From: Haliotis rufescens
Lineage: Eukaryota
Reading direction: 5' to 3'
Length of the DNA: 64,000 nt
Assembly (NCBI RefSeq): GCF_023055435.1
Contig: NW_025964383.1
Span: forward strand, 15,438,001-15,502,000
Numbering within the stretch: the stretch's first letter is position 1; each line of letters starts with the position of its first letter. Both the position numbers and the translations under genes were made by a program. Of the stretch, positions 46,901 through 58,945 are shown piece after piece. The notes below the pieces were generated by a model, which was not told where the DNA came from, made no database searches, and saw only the letters and a program-made list of their open reading frames with translations.

Positions 46901-48196
46901 ATACAGAAGCCATTTATTTGTGATTGATGAATTTACCATCCAGATAGTTTCTGTGGTTTTGCGGTCAACCTTTGGGATGACATAAGCTTGTGACTACCAC
47001 ACAGAGAATGTGTAAAACAGTTGGTTTGATTGATGCCAAATGTACTAAATTACATTTATCACTAAACCATTGACGACGCAAAGTTAAATAAATATCAGCT
47101 CTATTGAGTAATAGCATCATTTGCTGACGGAGTTATTGTCGGTCATTCTCTGGACATGGGATCGTTGGTAGCAGTGCGCAACTATTCACTCTCATCTGAT
47201 TGATCTTCTCCCAATACACCCTTCTAACGTTCAAGAAACACCTGAGAAGCGTCAACAAAATATGCCTGTATCTCAGATGTTGTCGAATTATTCACATTAT
47301 TTACTTAATTTTGTCCAAGTTCACTGTTATTATTATAGTTGTGTTTGATCTAGCGCATGATTTGTGAACGGAAGAGTATACAGACTCTCCAATAAGTCAT
47401 ATATCGGCATTACAAAATATTATGTTTTGGTATCATCACATTTATCACCACAATAACTACGACCTCGATCTTTGTGATGTAAATGAGTGTGGCCATCCTT
47501 GGATCAGTTGGCCACAAGCTCCTTCCCACCACGTGTCACCTCAATTACCATGAGGGGATGTTGTACAGTGTATTACCAGGTAGCACAGTGAGGGAAGAGT
47601 CTGTACACCATAATTGTGCCAGTGATGTCTTTTTCCAACTTTAAACTTTTTTCTTTCACAATTTATGTGAGTAAAAATACATTACTATACGCGTCCACAT
47701 CATATATACTGTTTCTGATATAACTCGTGTATTTGTTTGAAAACAAACAACATTTTGAAATATACTCGTAATAGAAACGGTGTTCAAACGGGGAATCATT
47801 TGGTAATGTTCTACATGAAAAAACAAACAAAAACAGTCTGATTACGTAGCTAATAAAAAGATAAAATCATTAAGTACATTTTGCAACATGACTAAGAGAT
47901 AACTCTTCTCATTAGAGAGCACATGTTTTATTAATGAACAGATTCGTTTCACACTTCCCCCTTATAGGGAAGTTGAAAGTTAACTGTCAATATGAAGTCT
48001 GATTCCGCGATTACAACTCGCACGAGTTAACACCCGGAGGCCATATCAATTGCTATAGCTTGATACACCAACATTGAAAATGTTCCTTTCTCATTAGCAG
48101 TAAGTAGATTAAACATATACTTATTTCGAGTAATACATAAATATGTTTGTTGTGCTGATAGGTGGGTATATATTATTTTCCATTTTCAGACATATC

Positions 48197-48248
48197 ATGA
48201 CTTCTGTGGTGATCCTATGTTTTGCATCCGTTCTACTTTTCATACAAG
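48197..48248 (+). CDS. EGF/Cys-rich single-pass receptor paralogue 1 (MEGF10/SCARF/CED-1-like), signal-peptide exon
   Basis: MTSVVILCFASVLLFIQ(G|gtaagt). Model join(48197-48248,48814-49794,50843-50951,51274-51394) = 420 aa with compatible phases. Confidence 0.82.
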
Positions 48249-48359
48249 GTAAGTTTGCAGATATTCATTGTTTCGTCCAGGAATCCGCTTCGAAAGATAA
48301 ACGTTTTGGTTTTGTGACTATAGGAGGCTAATGTATCATATTATTAGCGTACTTATTTC

Positions 48360-48631
48360 GACCCGTGAAGATCTGAGGTAGTATCGGTCTTCAGCAACCC
48401 ATGCATGCCCTAAAAGGCGACTATGCTTGTCTTATGAGGCGACTAATGAGATCGGGTGGTCAGGCTCGCTGACTTGGTTGATACATGCCATCGTATCCCA
48501 ATTGCGTGGATCGATGCTCATGATGTCAATCACTGGATTGTCTGGTTCCGACTCGATTGTTTACAGACCGCCGTCATATAGCTGGAATATTGCTGAGTGC
48601 GGAGTTAAACAACAACAAACAAGCAACCAAA
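48360..48631 (+). mobile_element. Family A retroposon, full length, present only in duplicate unit 1
   Basis: Starts GACCCGTGAAGATC. The equivalent site in unit 2 (~56975-56990) is empty. Confidence 0.85.
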
Positions 48632-48813
48632 GCATATCTATTTCAACCTGGACTATCATTTACATGAAGGTTTCAAAAGTCCATTACACTCATGGATCCA
48701 ATATCCTACTTTCAAAAGTACTATTACAACTACCCAGTCGTCACAGTTTGCTCTCATAGCTTTGCCTTTTCGGTTACCTCTGTCCGATCTAAATGCTTAT
48801 TCTTTCTTTTCAG

Positions 48814-49794
48814 CAAAACCCTGCAATTATAGGCAGAACTGCTTAAAGTGTGACGACACAGGTTACTGCGCATCAAGGTGTGACCTTGGGTATTTCGGCA
48901 AGAGATGCACATCTAAGTGCAACAGTGGCTGCAGATATAAATTATGTGATCTACACACAGACAGTGGCACCGAGGTATGCACCCATGGCTGTATTTCAGG
49001 ATTTTACAGTGTAAGGTGTAACATACCATGTGATGAGAACTTGAGACAGTGTACAGAATGCAAAGAAGGGTGTGTCGGTAAGTACTGCCAGCTGAATTCA
49101 TCCTGTGTTTCTGGATGTGTCGACTCCTACTATGGCCTTGACTGCAAGAACTGTTCTGAACTATGTAAATCGTGCAATAGAAGCACTGGAATATGTGACC
49201 AGTGTCATTCGCCATACACTGGTCCCAACTGTGAGATGTCATGTGAGAATTGTAAAGGAACATGCAAGGCCGGATGCGTAGAAGGTTGTAATCGCGGATT
49301 TTATGGTCACTGGTGTGAAAAGGTGTGCAGTGAAAACTGCCACGCTGGTCCTGGCGCATGTGACAGAAAAGCTTCAAAGAACTGTAGTCCCGAATGTGAC
49401 AAAATGACAGGATTCTGTATTCATGGCTGTAATGGCGGGTGGTATGGAGCTAACTGCTCAACTCAATGTAACCCAATGTGTGTAAATATGTCCTGCGATG
49501 ATTCAGGGGCGTGTGTAGCTGTCTGTGCACCAGGATATGCTGGTTCAGACTGTTCATGCTTTGAAAACTGCATCGAGCACATTTGTTTCTCTGAGAACGG
49601 AACCTGTGCAAAAGGGTGTGCTAGTGGTTATTACGGTGCATTTTGTAACACCACCTGTGAGATTTGCATTGATGGGATTTGTAACCAGGAGTCTGAAACC
49701 TGCACCAAAGGATGCAACATTACTGATAAAAGATGCAAGTCTCCCTGTTCAGGTGACTGTCCCATAGATACCTGCGTCAAGGAAATTACATGTG
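48814..49794 (+). CDS. EGF receptor paralogue 1, ectodomain exon
   Basis: 981-nt phase 1-1 exon with repeated C..GC..G(F/Y/W)YG..C laminin-EGF/furin-like modules. Confidence 0.92.
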
Positions 49795-49814
49795 GTAAGA
49801 CCCTTTTTTTTTAA

Positions 49815-50160
49815 TTTTATGGTCACTGGTGTGAAAAGGTGTGCAGTGAAAACTGTCGCCCTGGCCCTCACGCAACTTCTGTCCCAGCATGTGCCAGAAA
49901 TCCCACCACCTAACATTTGAAACGTCGAATGTGACAACTATTCAGGAGATCGTATCCACGGTTGTGATGTCGGATGGTATTGTACTAATTGCTCATCTCG
50001 ATGTAACTCGAAGTGTGTAAATATGTCCTGCACTGATTCAGGGGCGTGTGTAGATGATTGTACACCAGGTTATGCTGGGTCGGACTGTTCATGCTTTGGA
50101 AACTGCATTGATCACGAATGTCACTCTGAGAACTACCTGTGGGATATTCATTGACGGTAA
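49815..50160 (+). pseudogene. Decayed partial duplicate of the EGF exon within the intron (unit 1)
   Basis: Copy of ~49299-49680 (FYGHWCEKVCSENC...) with stops and frameshifts and no clear acceptor. Confidence 0.75.
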
Positions 50161-50369
50161 TAAAGATCATTACATGTTATACATACATGTCAATAGTTTA
50201 GAAAAACGACACCCAAACATCCTTAACAAGATGTTGACAAACACTGACCATCCGAAACCTGACAATTACGGGCATTCCCCGTGAAGGAATTAAAACAGAT
50301 GCATCAATGGAATAGAATAATACATCAACCAATTTATATGATAACTCGTTTGTGTGTGAATATGATATT

Positions 50370-50485
50370 CTGGGTTCGATTCCCAACATGGGTACAATGT
50401 TTGAAGCCCATTTCTGGTGTCCCCCGCCGTGATATTGCTGGAATACTGCTAAAAGAGGCGTGAAACCATACTCACTCACTCACTC
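50370..50485 (+). mobile_element. SINE family B, 5' part missing
   Basis: GGGTTCGATTCCC..(ACTC)n. A longer counterpart lies at 59195-59340. Confidence 0.8.
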
Positions 50486-50842
50486 GTAGTTTAGAGATAA
50501 GGTTAGAATGGGTCACAGGTGTTGATTTTATGGGTTTTCCTTAAACCCTCTCTAATGTTCCAACATGACCCAATCTAATTTACCCTGAGAAATAGATAAA
50601 CATTTAGGTCATCCACTTTACTTGATCAGAGACAATTGATTTACGCATCCTATTTGAACATCTGTCCATTTGTAGGTACTTTGTGTCATAAGTTCAAGGT
50701 TTTAGGTATTGCACCTATTGATACAGAGGCCCTGCATGTAAACTATTTTACTGCGCCACTATTCTGGTGTTTATAAGCGACATATACGTATTCGTACACA
50801 TTAACAATATAATTAAACTTGATAACATTATTGTTTCCACAG

Positions 50843-50951
50843 AGCCTACCTCTCAGAGCCTTCCACTGATCATTATCGGAACATCATCAGCGTGTTGCCT
50901 GGTTGGCATCATGGTAGCTGTATGCATTGGATGCTACGAACGCACCAAAAG
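50843..50951 (+). CDS. EGF receptor paralogue 1, transmembrane exon
   Basis: EPTSQSLPLIIIGTSSACCLVGIMVAVCIGCYERTK; acceptor tttccacag. Confidence 0.82.
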
Positions 50952-51273
50952 GTTTATATTCAAGTGTTTTATGTAAACAATGAACATGACAAATTGAGAA
51001 TGCTTTCTGTGATATTTAACATATATGCTCTCATCTGAGCACTGTGACGTATCCTATTTTACATCTATGCTAAGGACCGACAATTTGATATTCTGGTTAT
51101 TATTTCTTTCAACAGTCTGAAGCATAATAATTTTTTTCAAGCCTTTCCAGGGACAATTTCCTTCTTTCGATAAAATCCACACACTCCACGCCCCACACCT
51201 CCCTGAATACGGAGATAATATTCCCATGTCCTATTACCAATGACGATAAACAAATACATTATTTCTCTTACAG

Positions 51274-51394
51274 GCAAAAAAGAGATGACAAAGAAGAGGA
51301 ATATCCAGCGGGACAACCGGAAGCACCCCAGTACGAGCTGATGGATATTGATCCTGATAAGAACGAAACAGGCCCTGTGATAGTTTTCCTTTAG
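51274..51394 (+). CDS. EGF receptor paralogue 1, cytoplasmic exon
   Basis: RQKRDDKEEEYPAGQPEAPQYELMDIDPDKNETGPVIVFL*; acceptor tttctcttacag. The true end of the gene is uncertain. Confidence 0.65.
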
Positions 51395-53167
51395 TGTAGG
51401 ATCACGCCCCATAATCTCCCACCACACAACACAGCACAGCACAACACAACACAACAAACCACAGAACAGCACAGCACATGATATAATATATTCCAACAAT
51501 ACCACATCATTATTTTTAGAATATATTTGATAACTTGCTTGAATCTATGTTAACACATAACTTTAAATACAATTCAGAATTCTTATCATTCTTAATTTCT
51601 ACGGTATGATAAGCATGCTTAGCTGTCTTATGCAGTAATGCATTAAGCATTATATGTTATACTTTCATATCAATAGTTTGCAAACCTAAACCCAAGCTGT
51701 CTGTCTTTGTGACACATGTTGACTAAACACTTGCCAGTTAAAACATTCCCCATGAAGCAATCAAAACAGTTACATCGATGGAAAATATTATCTAATCCTC
51801 ACGAATCTACAGAGCATAAAGTATATTATTTAGGAGATAAACCTACTGTGTTTTGAAATTTGATTGAGTCCCGCTGTAGAGTAGATACAAGTTACACGAA
51901 GCAGGATGACAACCCCAATCTATGATGTGGTTGAACATTAACTTGTAGACTTATTTGGAATAAGCCTGATGGTGCAACGTGGTTGCCAATGGAACTGGAG
52001 AATGACTGAACAGCCGCTTTTTTAGGCTGCGGATGAGCCGGCTATTTTGACAGAAGGGATCTGATTTGACCTGTCAGTTTCATGATTTCCCAGTATTCGA
52101 CGCCAGTGTGTGAAACAAATGTGACAGTTTTTGCCAAAAAAACAGTGGTTTGTGTATGATTTTATCAGTTATGCGTGTTCAGAAATGAATTTAATCAAGT
52201 TTGATAAGATGTTATGATCAAGTGCCCGTGCTGTGACTCCAGTGATGTTGAGACATTGTTTTCGTGGCCTTTCAAAGGGAGGGGTGTATTCTGATGGACT
52301 TTCAAATCCCCTCCTGCCAAATCCTAACGTTGGTGGTTGACGGACATGGCAATGATTGTCGATTACAAAACAGTTTGTAAACAACATGTTGTCATGAATA
52401 AAGTTTTTTACAACACTTTTTATAATGTTATATTGTACTTTCATTGTCAATGAGGAAATTGCCTGTTCTGGGTCTATTCATCGAACATGTCGTCACGATA
52501 TGGCTGAAATATTGCCGATGTGACGTAAAGCTTTAACTCACTCACTCATCGAACATGTCCCTAACAGTTTCATAAACATTATCATTTGTATGCAAAAGAT
52601 ATGCTTTCGTTAAGCCTTATAATCTCATCACATCATCGATAAAAACATCCGATATCAAACTACCGTATTTCCTCTATCAGCCGCTAGTCCGTCTATTAAT
52701 GTCGGTGTGTATCTGAGACCTGTCTTGCATTGGCGACATAGCGTGTACTAGAGGTAGTGCTTAATGCTTTAAGTTCCTATGGGTAATCGAACGGCAGCCA
52801 TTATTTATGAATCAACTTGTAGGTATTCGAAGTATTCATATGCACGTTTTTTTTGTGCGTGAAAAGGCTTAATATATTTAAAAGGGGCTTCCGTAGCAAA
52901 AAATTATCAGAATCAATTATACCTCAACGTCATGGTAGAGTTAATGTCAGTGAGTTTTGTGGTTAGAATGAATCTTTTAATAAACAGTGTATTTGATAAC
53001 TACCATTTAATAATACATAGAAAATTTAGACGTTTTTCTTTAGTGGAGGATGACGTCAAACAATGTCTTTAGAATGTGAAACACTCATGAATTAAATCAC
53101 CAGCAGGTGACCCCAGGTCACTGACTTTGTATAGGTTATAGTCATCGGGGTCGAGATAAAATTACAC

Positions 53168-53410
53168 GTGAGTGAGTGAGTTTGGTTTAAACCCGTGATC
53201 ATAGATGTCTGGCGTATCCAAGGGACACAACCCTAGACAGGGTCATCTATGCCACCGAGTGAGTGAGTACGTTTGGTTCAATGACGCTTTGAACAATATT
53301 CCAGTGAAACGGCGTGTCAGCTTAATGTGGGAGGAAAGCCTAAAGTTATGCAGGCCTTAGACGTTTTCTAATTTTGTGAAATCCACGAGCATGGGTATGG
53401 TGCTGCCAAG
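53168..53410 (-). mobile_element. Rearranged SINE family C relic (unit 1)
   Basis: GAGTGAGTGAG..TGTGGGAGGAAAGCC..GGTGCTG. The counterpart is at 62098-62340. Confidence 0.65.
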
Positions 53411-53504
53411 AATATACTCATTGTGTGGTGCTCGTCACTGCTTTGTGCAAAGTAATAGTCATTGATTTCAAGAGGTTATAATGTAATGCAATGAAATGCG
53501 TTGC

Positions 53505-53600
53505 GTTGTGTTGTGTTGTGTTGCGGTGAGGTGAGGTGAGGTGAGGTGAGGTGAGGTGAAGTGAGGTGAGGTGAAGTGAGGTGAGGTGTGGTGAGGTGAA
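53505..53600. repeat. (GTTGT)n(GTGAG)n microsatellite
   Basis: Visible pentanucleotide repeats. A shorter counterpart lies at ~62440-62508. Confidence 0.9.
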
Positions 53601-53934
53601 GGAAGACAACACAATAGAAGGTAGACACAATTTTATTGATAACAACTTCTTTAATACTGTCCTGATAAGTACAAAAAGAATGTATATCAATAAAATGGCC
53701 TAAGCACGATACCGCTTGAATCATAAAAGACAGGAAACCGTTGATTGGACTGAGCAAAGGCTGCCACGATAAAGTGATTTGTCATGTAATGAATAAAAGT
53801 TGAGTGAACTAATTAATAGTAACACCTTCAGTCAGCAAAGCAGTGATAGCTGTGCAACCATTTCGGATTGTCAATAATCATGCGCGACGATCAGCGGGCA
53901 GATATATGACAAATGGTCCTGTTTTCATACTTTC

Positions 53935-54236
53935 GGGGTAAAATAGGTCTTCAGCAACCCATGTTTTCTTTATTTAAAAAAGAATCAAATGAAAAAAAGA
54001 CCAAACACATCTACACACGTGCACATAAGTCTAATGTAATTGTTCCTCCGTGTGCATTGCCTGCTCCCTTCACTACATCGTATGCGTGTCGTATTAGGCG
54101 ACTAACGGGATCGGGTGATCACAATTGCGTGGATCGATGCTGATGATGTCAATCACTGTATTGTCTGGTCCGGAACGCCGACAAATAGCTTGAATATTGC
54201 TGAGTGCGGCGTTAATCAACAAACAAACAAACAAAA
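53935..54236 (+). mobile_element. Interrupted family A copy (unit 1)
   Basis: Head GGGGTAAAATAGGTCTTCAGCAACCCATG, ~120 bp of foreign sequence, then body and tail. The counterpart is at ~62908-63205. Confidence 0.7.
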
Positions 54237-54269
54237 CCGAGTCCTTTGTGACTGATGAACTGATCATCT

Positions 54270-54500
54270 AGATAGGATCTGTGGTTTTGTGAACAACCTT
54301 TGGGCTAAAATAAGGTTGTTACTACCGTACAGAGAATGTGTAAAACAGTTGGCTTGACTGGAATACGCATTAACCACTGTCTTCACCAGACATGGGTAGA
54401 TGAACAGATATTATGTGCAATGACTGGCCACGGATCAAGGGCTGTGCATAACTACAAATTACAAAATCTCAGAAGAAAGACCAGGTCGACTGTGAAGGTC
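54270..54500 (+). mobile_element. Crypton-type tyrosine recombinase (DUF3504-like) C-terminal relic
   Basis: WFCEQPLG*NKV..MCKTVGLTGIRINHCL..VDEQIL..MTGHGS..VHNYK resembles the NHS.R / TGH.S / Y catalytic motifs. Further copies at ~46940-47030 and 63240-63470. Confidence 0.65.
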
Positions 54501-54573
54501 ATTGATGTTCGCAGTGACTGAACGACTGAACCTTGTTTGATCCACGTCAAACTGCAGTCAACGAAAATGTTTT

Positions 54574-55120
54574 GAAGATCCGGGGTAGAATAGGTCTTCA
54601 GCAACCCATGCTTGCCATAAAAGGCGACTGTGTTTGTCGTAAGAGGCGACTAACGGGATCGGGTGGTCATGTTCGCTGACTTGGGTAATGCATGTCATAG
54701 TATCCTAATTACGTGGATCGATGCTCATATTGTCAATCAATGGATTGTCTTGTCCAGACTCGATTATTTACAGATGGCCGTCATATAGCTGGAATATTAC
54801 TGAGTGCGGCGTTAAACAACAACAAAAAAAAAAAACCAAACCATACCAAAAGACGTTAAAAGATGATACTTGTTGTACCTGTCTGGCGCTCGGTATTAAG
54901 GGGCTTAAACAAGGACTGGTCAGCTCGGAGTCAGTATACTGTGTCTGAAGGGGTATTCATGTTAAATTGCGGCATGGTATCTCAGTGAGCTAGCACTATA
55001 AATCGGCATCACTCCGGACTAGTACAAGCAGCCACACAAACACACACACGTGCATGCACGTCGCTATATAAGTGCAATAATCTTGGACGCGAATTTAAAC
55101 CCCATTTCACCTCACCACCT
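54574..55120 (+). mobile_element. Family A copy fused to a headless family D SINE
   Basis: Family A 54574-54835 is directly followed by the D body CATACCAAAAGACGTTAAAA..(CTCAC)n. The same fusion occurs at ~63530-64000. Confidence 0.75.
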
Positions 55121-55554
55121 TACAATAGTTGAAATATTAGAAATTCAAATTGACTAACAAAGGAAACATTTAGCTGAGGTAAGTGTCTTTGGCTTCACGA
55201 CAGTCATCTCTTGTTTGCAAACACCAGTTAGTTGATTGTGCGTTCAACTCCATGCATTGTTTCAGGCTTCTATTGAAGTGTAGGGACCTGTTTTGGGCAG
55301 CGATAGCATAAACAGAGTTTCGCGAACGGGCTATCCATGTCAGGAGCTTGAAATGGACCTTTTCAGAAATGTCGTTGACCAGTGGCAATGTGCAATCTAA
55401 GCGTTCCTTTATTGGTGACTGAGTGAAGTTGTTTGAGCCCCGCTTTGAATGTTATTTCGATTATATATCATCGTACCAGCTTCTTGTAAGAGGAAAGCTT
55501 GAGGCGTTGAAGGTATAAGACGTTTTCACTGTCGAATCCCACGAGCACAGGTAA

Positions 55555-55903
55555 GATGGACTGGTCGGCTCGGAGTCAGGATACTGTGTCAGAAAACAAC
55601 AAACAAACCAAACCAAACCATACCAAAAGACGTTAAAATATGGTACTTGTTGTTACCCTGTCTGGCGCTCGGCATTAAGGGGCTAAAACAAGGACTGGTC
55701 TGCTCGGAGTCAGTATACTGTTTCTGAGTGGGGTATTCATGTTAAACTGCGGCATGGTATCTCAGTGAGCTAGCACTATAAATCGGCATCGGTCCGGACT
55801 AGTACAAGCAGCCACACAAACACACACACGTGCATACACCTTGAATATATAACCGCAATAATCTTGGACGCGACGTTAAACCCAATTTCACCTCACCTCA
55901 CCT
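55555..55903 (+). mobile_element. Headless family D SINE between ~210-bp direct repeats
   Basis: D body and tail. The flanks 55338-55555 and 55904-56118 are diverged direct repeats. Confidence 0.7.
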
Positions 55904-56820
55904 TGTCAGGAGCTTGAAATGGACTTTTCAGAAATGTCGTTCTGACCAGTGGCAACAGGAGAAATGTGCAATCTTAGCTTTCCTTTATTGGTGAGTGAAG
56001 TGAGTTGAAAAGAATTACGATTATTTTACATCGTACCAGCTTCATGTAAGAAGAAAGCTTGAGGCGTTGCAGGTAAAATACGTTTTTACTTCGTCGAATC
56101 CCACGAGCACAGGTAAGACAAATCAGGTCTACACAGCTAATTGCGTCTCCTTAGACGACATTCTAACTTGTATCCCTGCCATTGTTGCCTTTAACCACAG
56201 GGATATGAGGGATGTTGTACAGTGTATTTCCAGGTTGCACAATGAGGGGAGAGCCTGTACACCACATTTGTGACAGTGATGTCTTTTTCCAACTTTAAAC
56301 TTTTTCTTTCACAATTTATGTTAGTAAAAATACATTACTATACGCATCCACGTCAGATATACAAAAACAAACAACATTCTGAAATATACTCGCAATAGAA
56401 ACGGTGTTCTAACGGGAATCATTTGGTAATGTTCTACATGAAAAAAACAACAAAAACAATCTGATCACGTAGCTAATAGAAAGATAAAATCATTAAGTAC
56501 ATTTTTGCAACATGACTAAGAGATAACTCTTCTCATTAGAGAGCACATGTTTTATTAATGAGCAGATTCGTTTCACACTTCCCCCTTATAGGGAAGTTGA
56601 AAGTTAACTGTCAATATGAAGTCTGATTCCGCGATTGCAACTCGCACGAGTTAACACCCGGAGGCCATATCAATTGCTATAGCTTGATACACCAACATTG
56701 AAAATGTTCCTTTCTCATTACCAGTAAGTAGATTAAACATATACTTATTTCGACTTATACAGTAATATGTTTTTTGTGCTGATAGGTGGGTATATATTAT
56801 TTTCCATTTTCAGACATATC

Positions 56821-56872
56821 ATGGCTTCTGTGGTGATCCTATGTTTTGCATCCGTTCTACTTTTCATACAAG
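56821..56872 (+). CDS. EGF/Cys-rich single-pass receptor paralogue 2, signal-peptide exon
   Basis: MASVVILCFASVLLFIQ(G|gtaagt). Model join(56821-56872,57607-58587,59803-59911,60234-60354) = 420 aa. Confidence 0.82.
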
Positions 56873-57162
56873 GTAAGTTTGCAGATATTCATTGTTTCGT
56901 CCACGAATCTGCTTCGAAAGATAAACGTTCTTGGTTTTGTGACTATAGGAGGCTAACTTATCATATTCTTCACATATTTATTTCAACCTGGACTTATTCA
57001 ATCCCTATCATGGAGGCTTTTTCAAAGGTATATAACACATGTTCCAATATCTTACTTTCACAAATTGACTAAGTGTTGCGAAATATAAAGATATATTAAA
57101 CATTGTAGTTTGTTTCAAAATAAGCATTACTATTATAAGAAGTAACTTTCATTATTGGCCTA

Positions 57163-57193
57163 GCTACTACTACTACAACTTCTACTACTACTG

Positions 57194-57246
<53 letters not shown>
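57163..57246. repeat. (CTA)n microsatellite, unit 2 only
   Basis: About 27 CTA-type units. Confidence 0.9.
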
Positions 57247-57247
<1 letters not shown>

Positions 57248-57287
57248 AAAGTACCATTACTACTACCCAGTCGCCTGAAGCTTCACA

Positions 57288-57442
57288 GGGTGGTAGCCTA
57301 GTGGTTAAAGCGTTCGATCGTCATGCTTAAGACCCGTGTTTGATTCCCGACACGGGTACAATGCGTGAAGCCCATTTGTGGTGTCCCCCGCCCTGATATT
57401 GCGGGAACATTGCTAAAAGAGGCGTAAAACCATACTCACTCA
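57288..57442 (+). mobile_element. SINE family B, present only in unit 2
   Basis: TSD CTGAAGCT(T/G)CACA at 57275-57287 and 57443-57455. Confidence 0.85.
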
Positions 57443-57606
57443 CTGAAGCTGCACAATTTGCTCTCATAGCACTCAGGGATCCAATATCCTACTTTCGAAA
57501 GTACTATGACTACTACCCAGTCGTCTGTAGCATCACATTTTTGCTCTCATTACTTTGCCTATTTGGTTATCTCTGTACGATCCCAATCCTTATTCTTTTT
57601 TCCCAG

Positions 57607-58587
57607 CAAAACCCTGCAATGATAACCAGAACTGCAATAGCTGTGACGACACTGGTTTCTGCACATCAAAGTGTCACCCTCGGTATTTCGACAAGAGATG
57701 CAAATCTAAGTGCAACAGTGGCTGCAGAAATAGATTGTGTGAACTACACACAGACGGTGGCATCGAGGTATGCACCAATGGCTGTATTTCAGGATTCCAA
57801 GGTCCAAGGTGCAACATACCATGTGATGAGAATTGGAGACAGTGTACAGAATGCAAAGGAGGGTGTGTCGGCAAGTACTGCCAGCTGAATTCATCCTGTG
57901 TTTCTGGATGCGTCGACTCCTACTATGGCCTTGACTGCAAGAACTGTTCTGAACAATGTAAATCGTGCAATAGAATCACTGGAATATGTGACCAGTGTCA
58001 TTCGCCATACACTGGTCCCAACTGTGAGATATCATGTGAGAATTGTAAAGGAACATGCAAGGCCGGATGCGAAGAAGGCTGTAATCGCGGATTTTATGGT
58101 CACTGGTGTGAAAAGGTGTGCAGTGAAAATTGCCTCGCTGGCCCTGGCGCATGTGACATAAAGGCTTCAAACAATTGTATTCCCGAATGTGGCAACATGA
58201 CAGGATTCTGTATTCATAGCTGTAATGGCGGGTGGTATGGAGCCAACTGCTCAACTCAATGTAACCCAAGGTGTGTAAATATGTCCTGCACTGGTACAGG
58301 GGCGTGTGTAGCTGGCTGTGCACCAGGATATGCTGGTTCAGACTGTTCATGCTTTGAAAACTGCAACGAGCACATTTGTTTCTCTGAGAACGGAACCTGT
58401 GAGAAAGGGTGTGATAATGGCTATTACGGTGCATTTTGTAACACCAGCTGTGAGGTTTGCATTAATGGGATTTGTGAGCAGGAGTCTGGAACCTGCACCA
58501 AAGGATGCAACATTACTGATCAAAGATGCAAGTCTACCTGTTCAGGTGACTGTCCCATAGATACCTGCGTCAAGGAAATTACATGTG
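57607..58587 (+). CDS. EGF receptor paralogue 2, ectodomain exon
   Basis: 981-nt phase 1-1 exon, colinear with paralogue 1. Confidence 0.92.
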
Positions 58588-58604
58588 GTAAGACCTATGT
58601 TTTT

Positions 58605-58945
58605 TATTTTATGGTCACTGGTGTGAAAAGGTGTGCAGTGAAAACTGTCGCCCTGGCCCTCACGCAACTTCTGTCCCAGAATGTGCCAGAAATCCCCCCG
58701 CCCAAAAATTGCATCTTCGAATGTGACAACTATTCAGGGGATCGTATCCACGGTTGTGATGTCGGATGGTATTGTACTACTTGCTCATCTCGATGTAACT
58801 CGAAGTGTGTAAATATGTCCTGCACTGATTAAGGGGCGTGTGCAGATGATTGTACACCAGGTTATGCTGGGTCGGACTGTTCATGCTTTGGAAACTGCAT
58901 TGATCACGAATGTCACTCTACCTGTGGGATATGCATTGACAGTAA
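58605..58945 (+). pseudogene. Decayed partial duplicate of the EGF exon (unit 2)
   Basis: Counterpart of 49815-50160, with a different set of lesions. Confidence 0.75.

Noticed and set aside
57555-58832. 425-aa single-exon EGF protein as called by the ORF track
   Set aside because: The ORF start is intronic and the extension past 58587 reads through a conserved donor. The spliced model fits both paralogues better.
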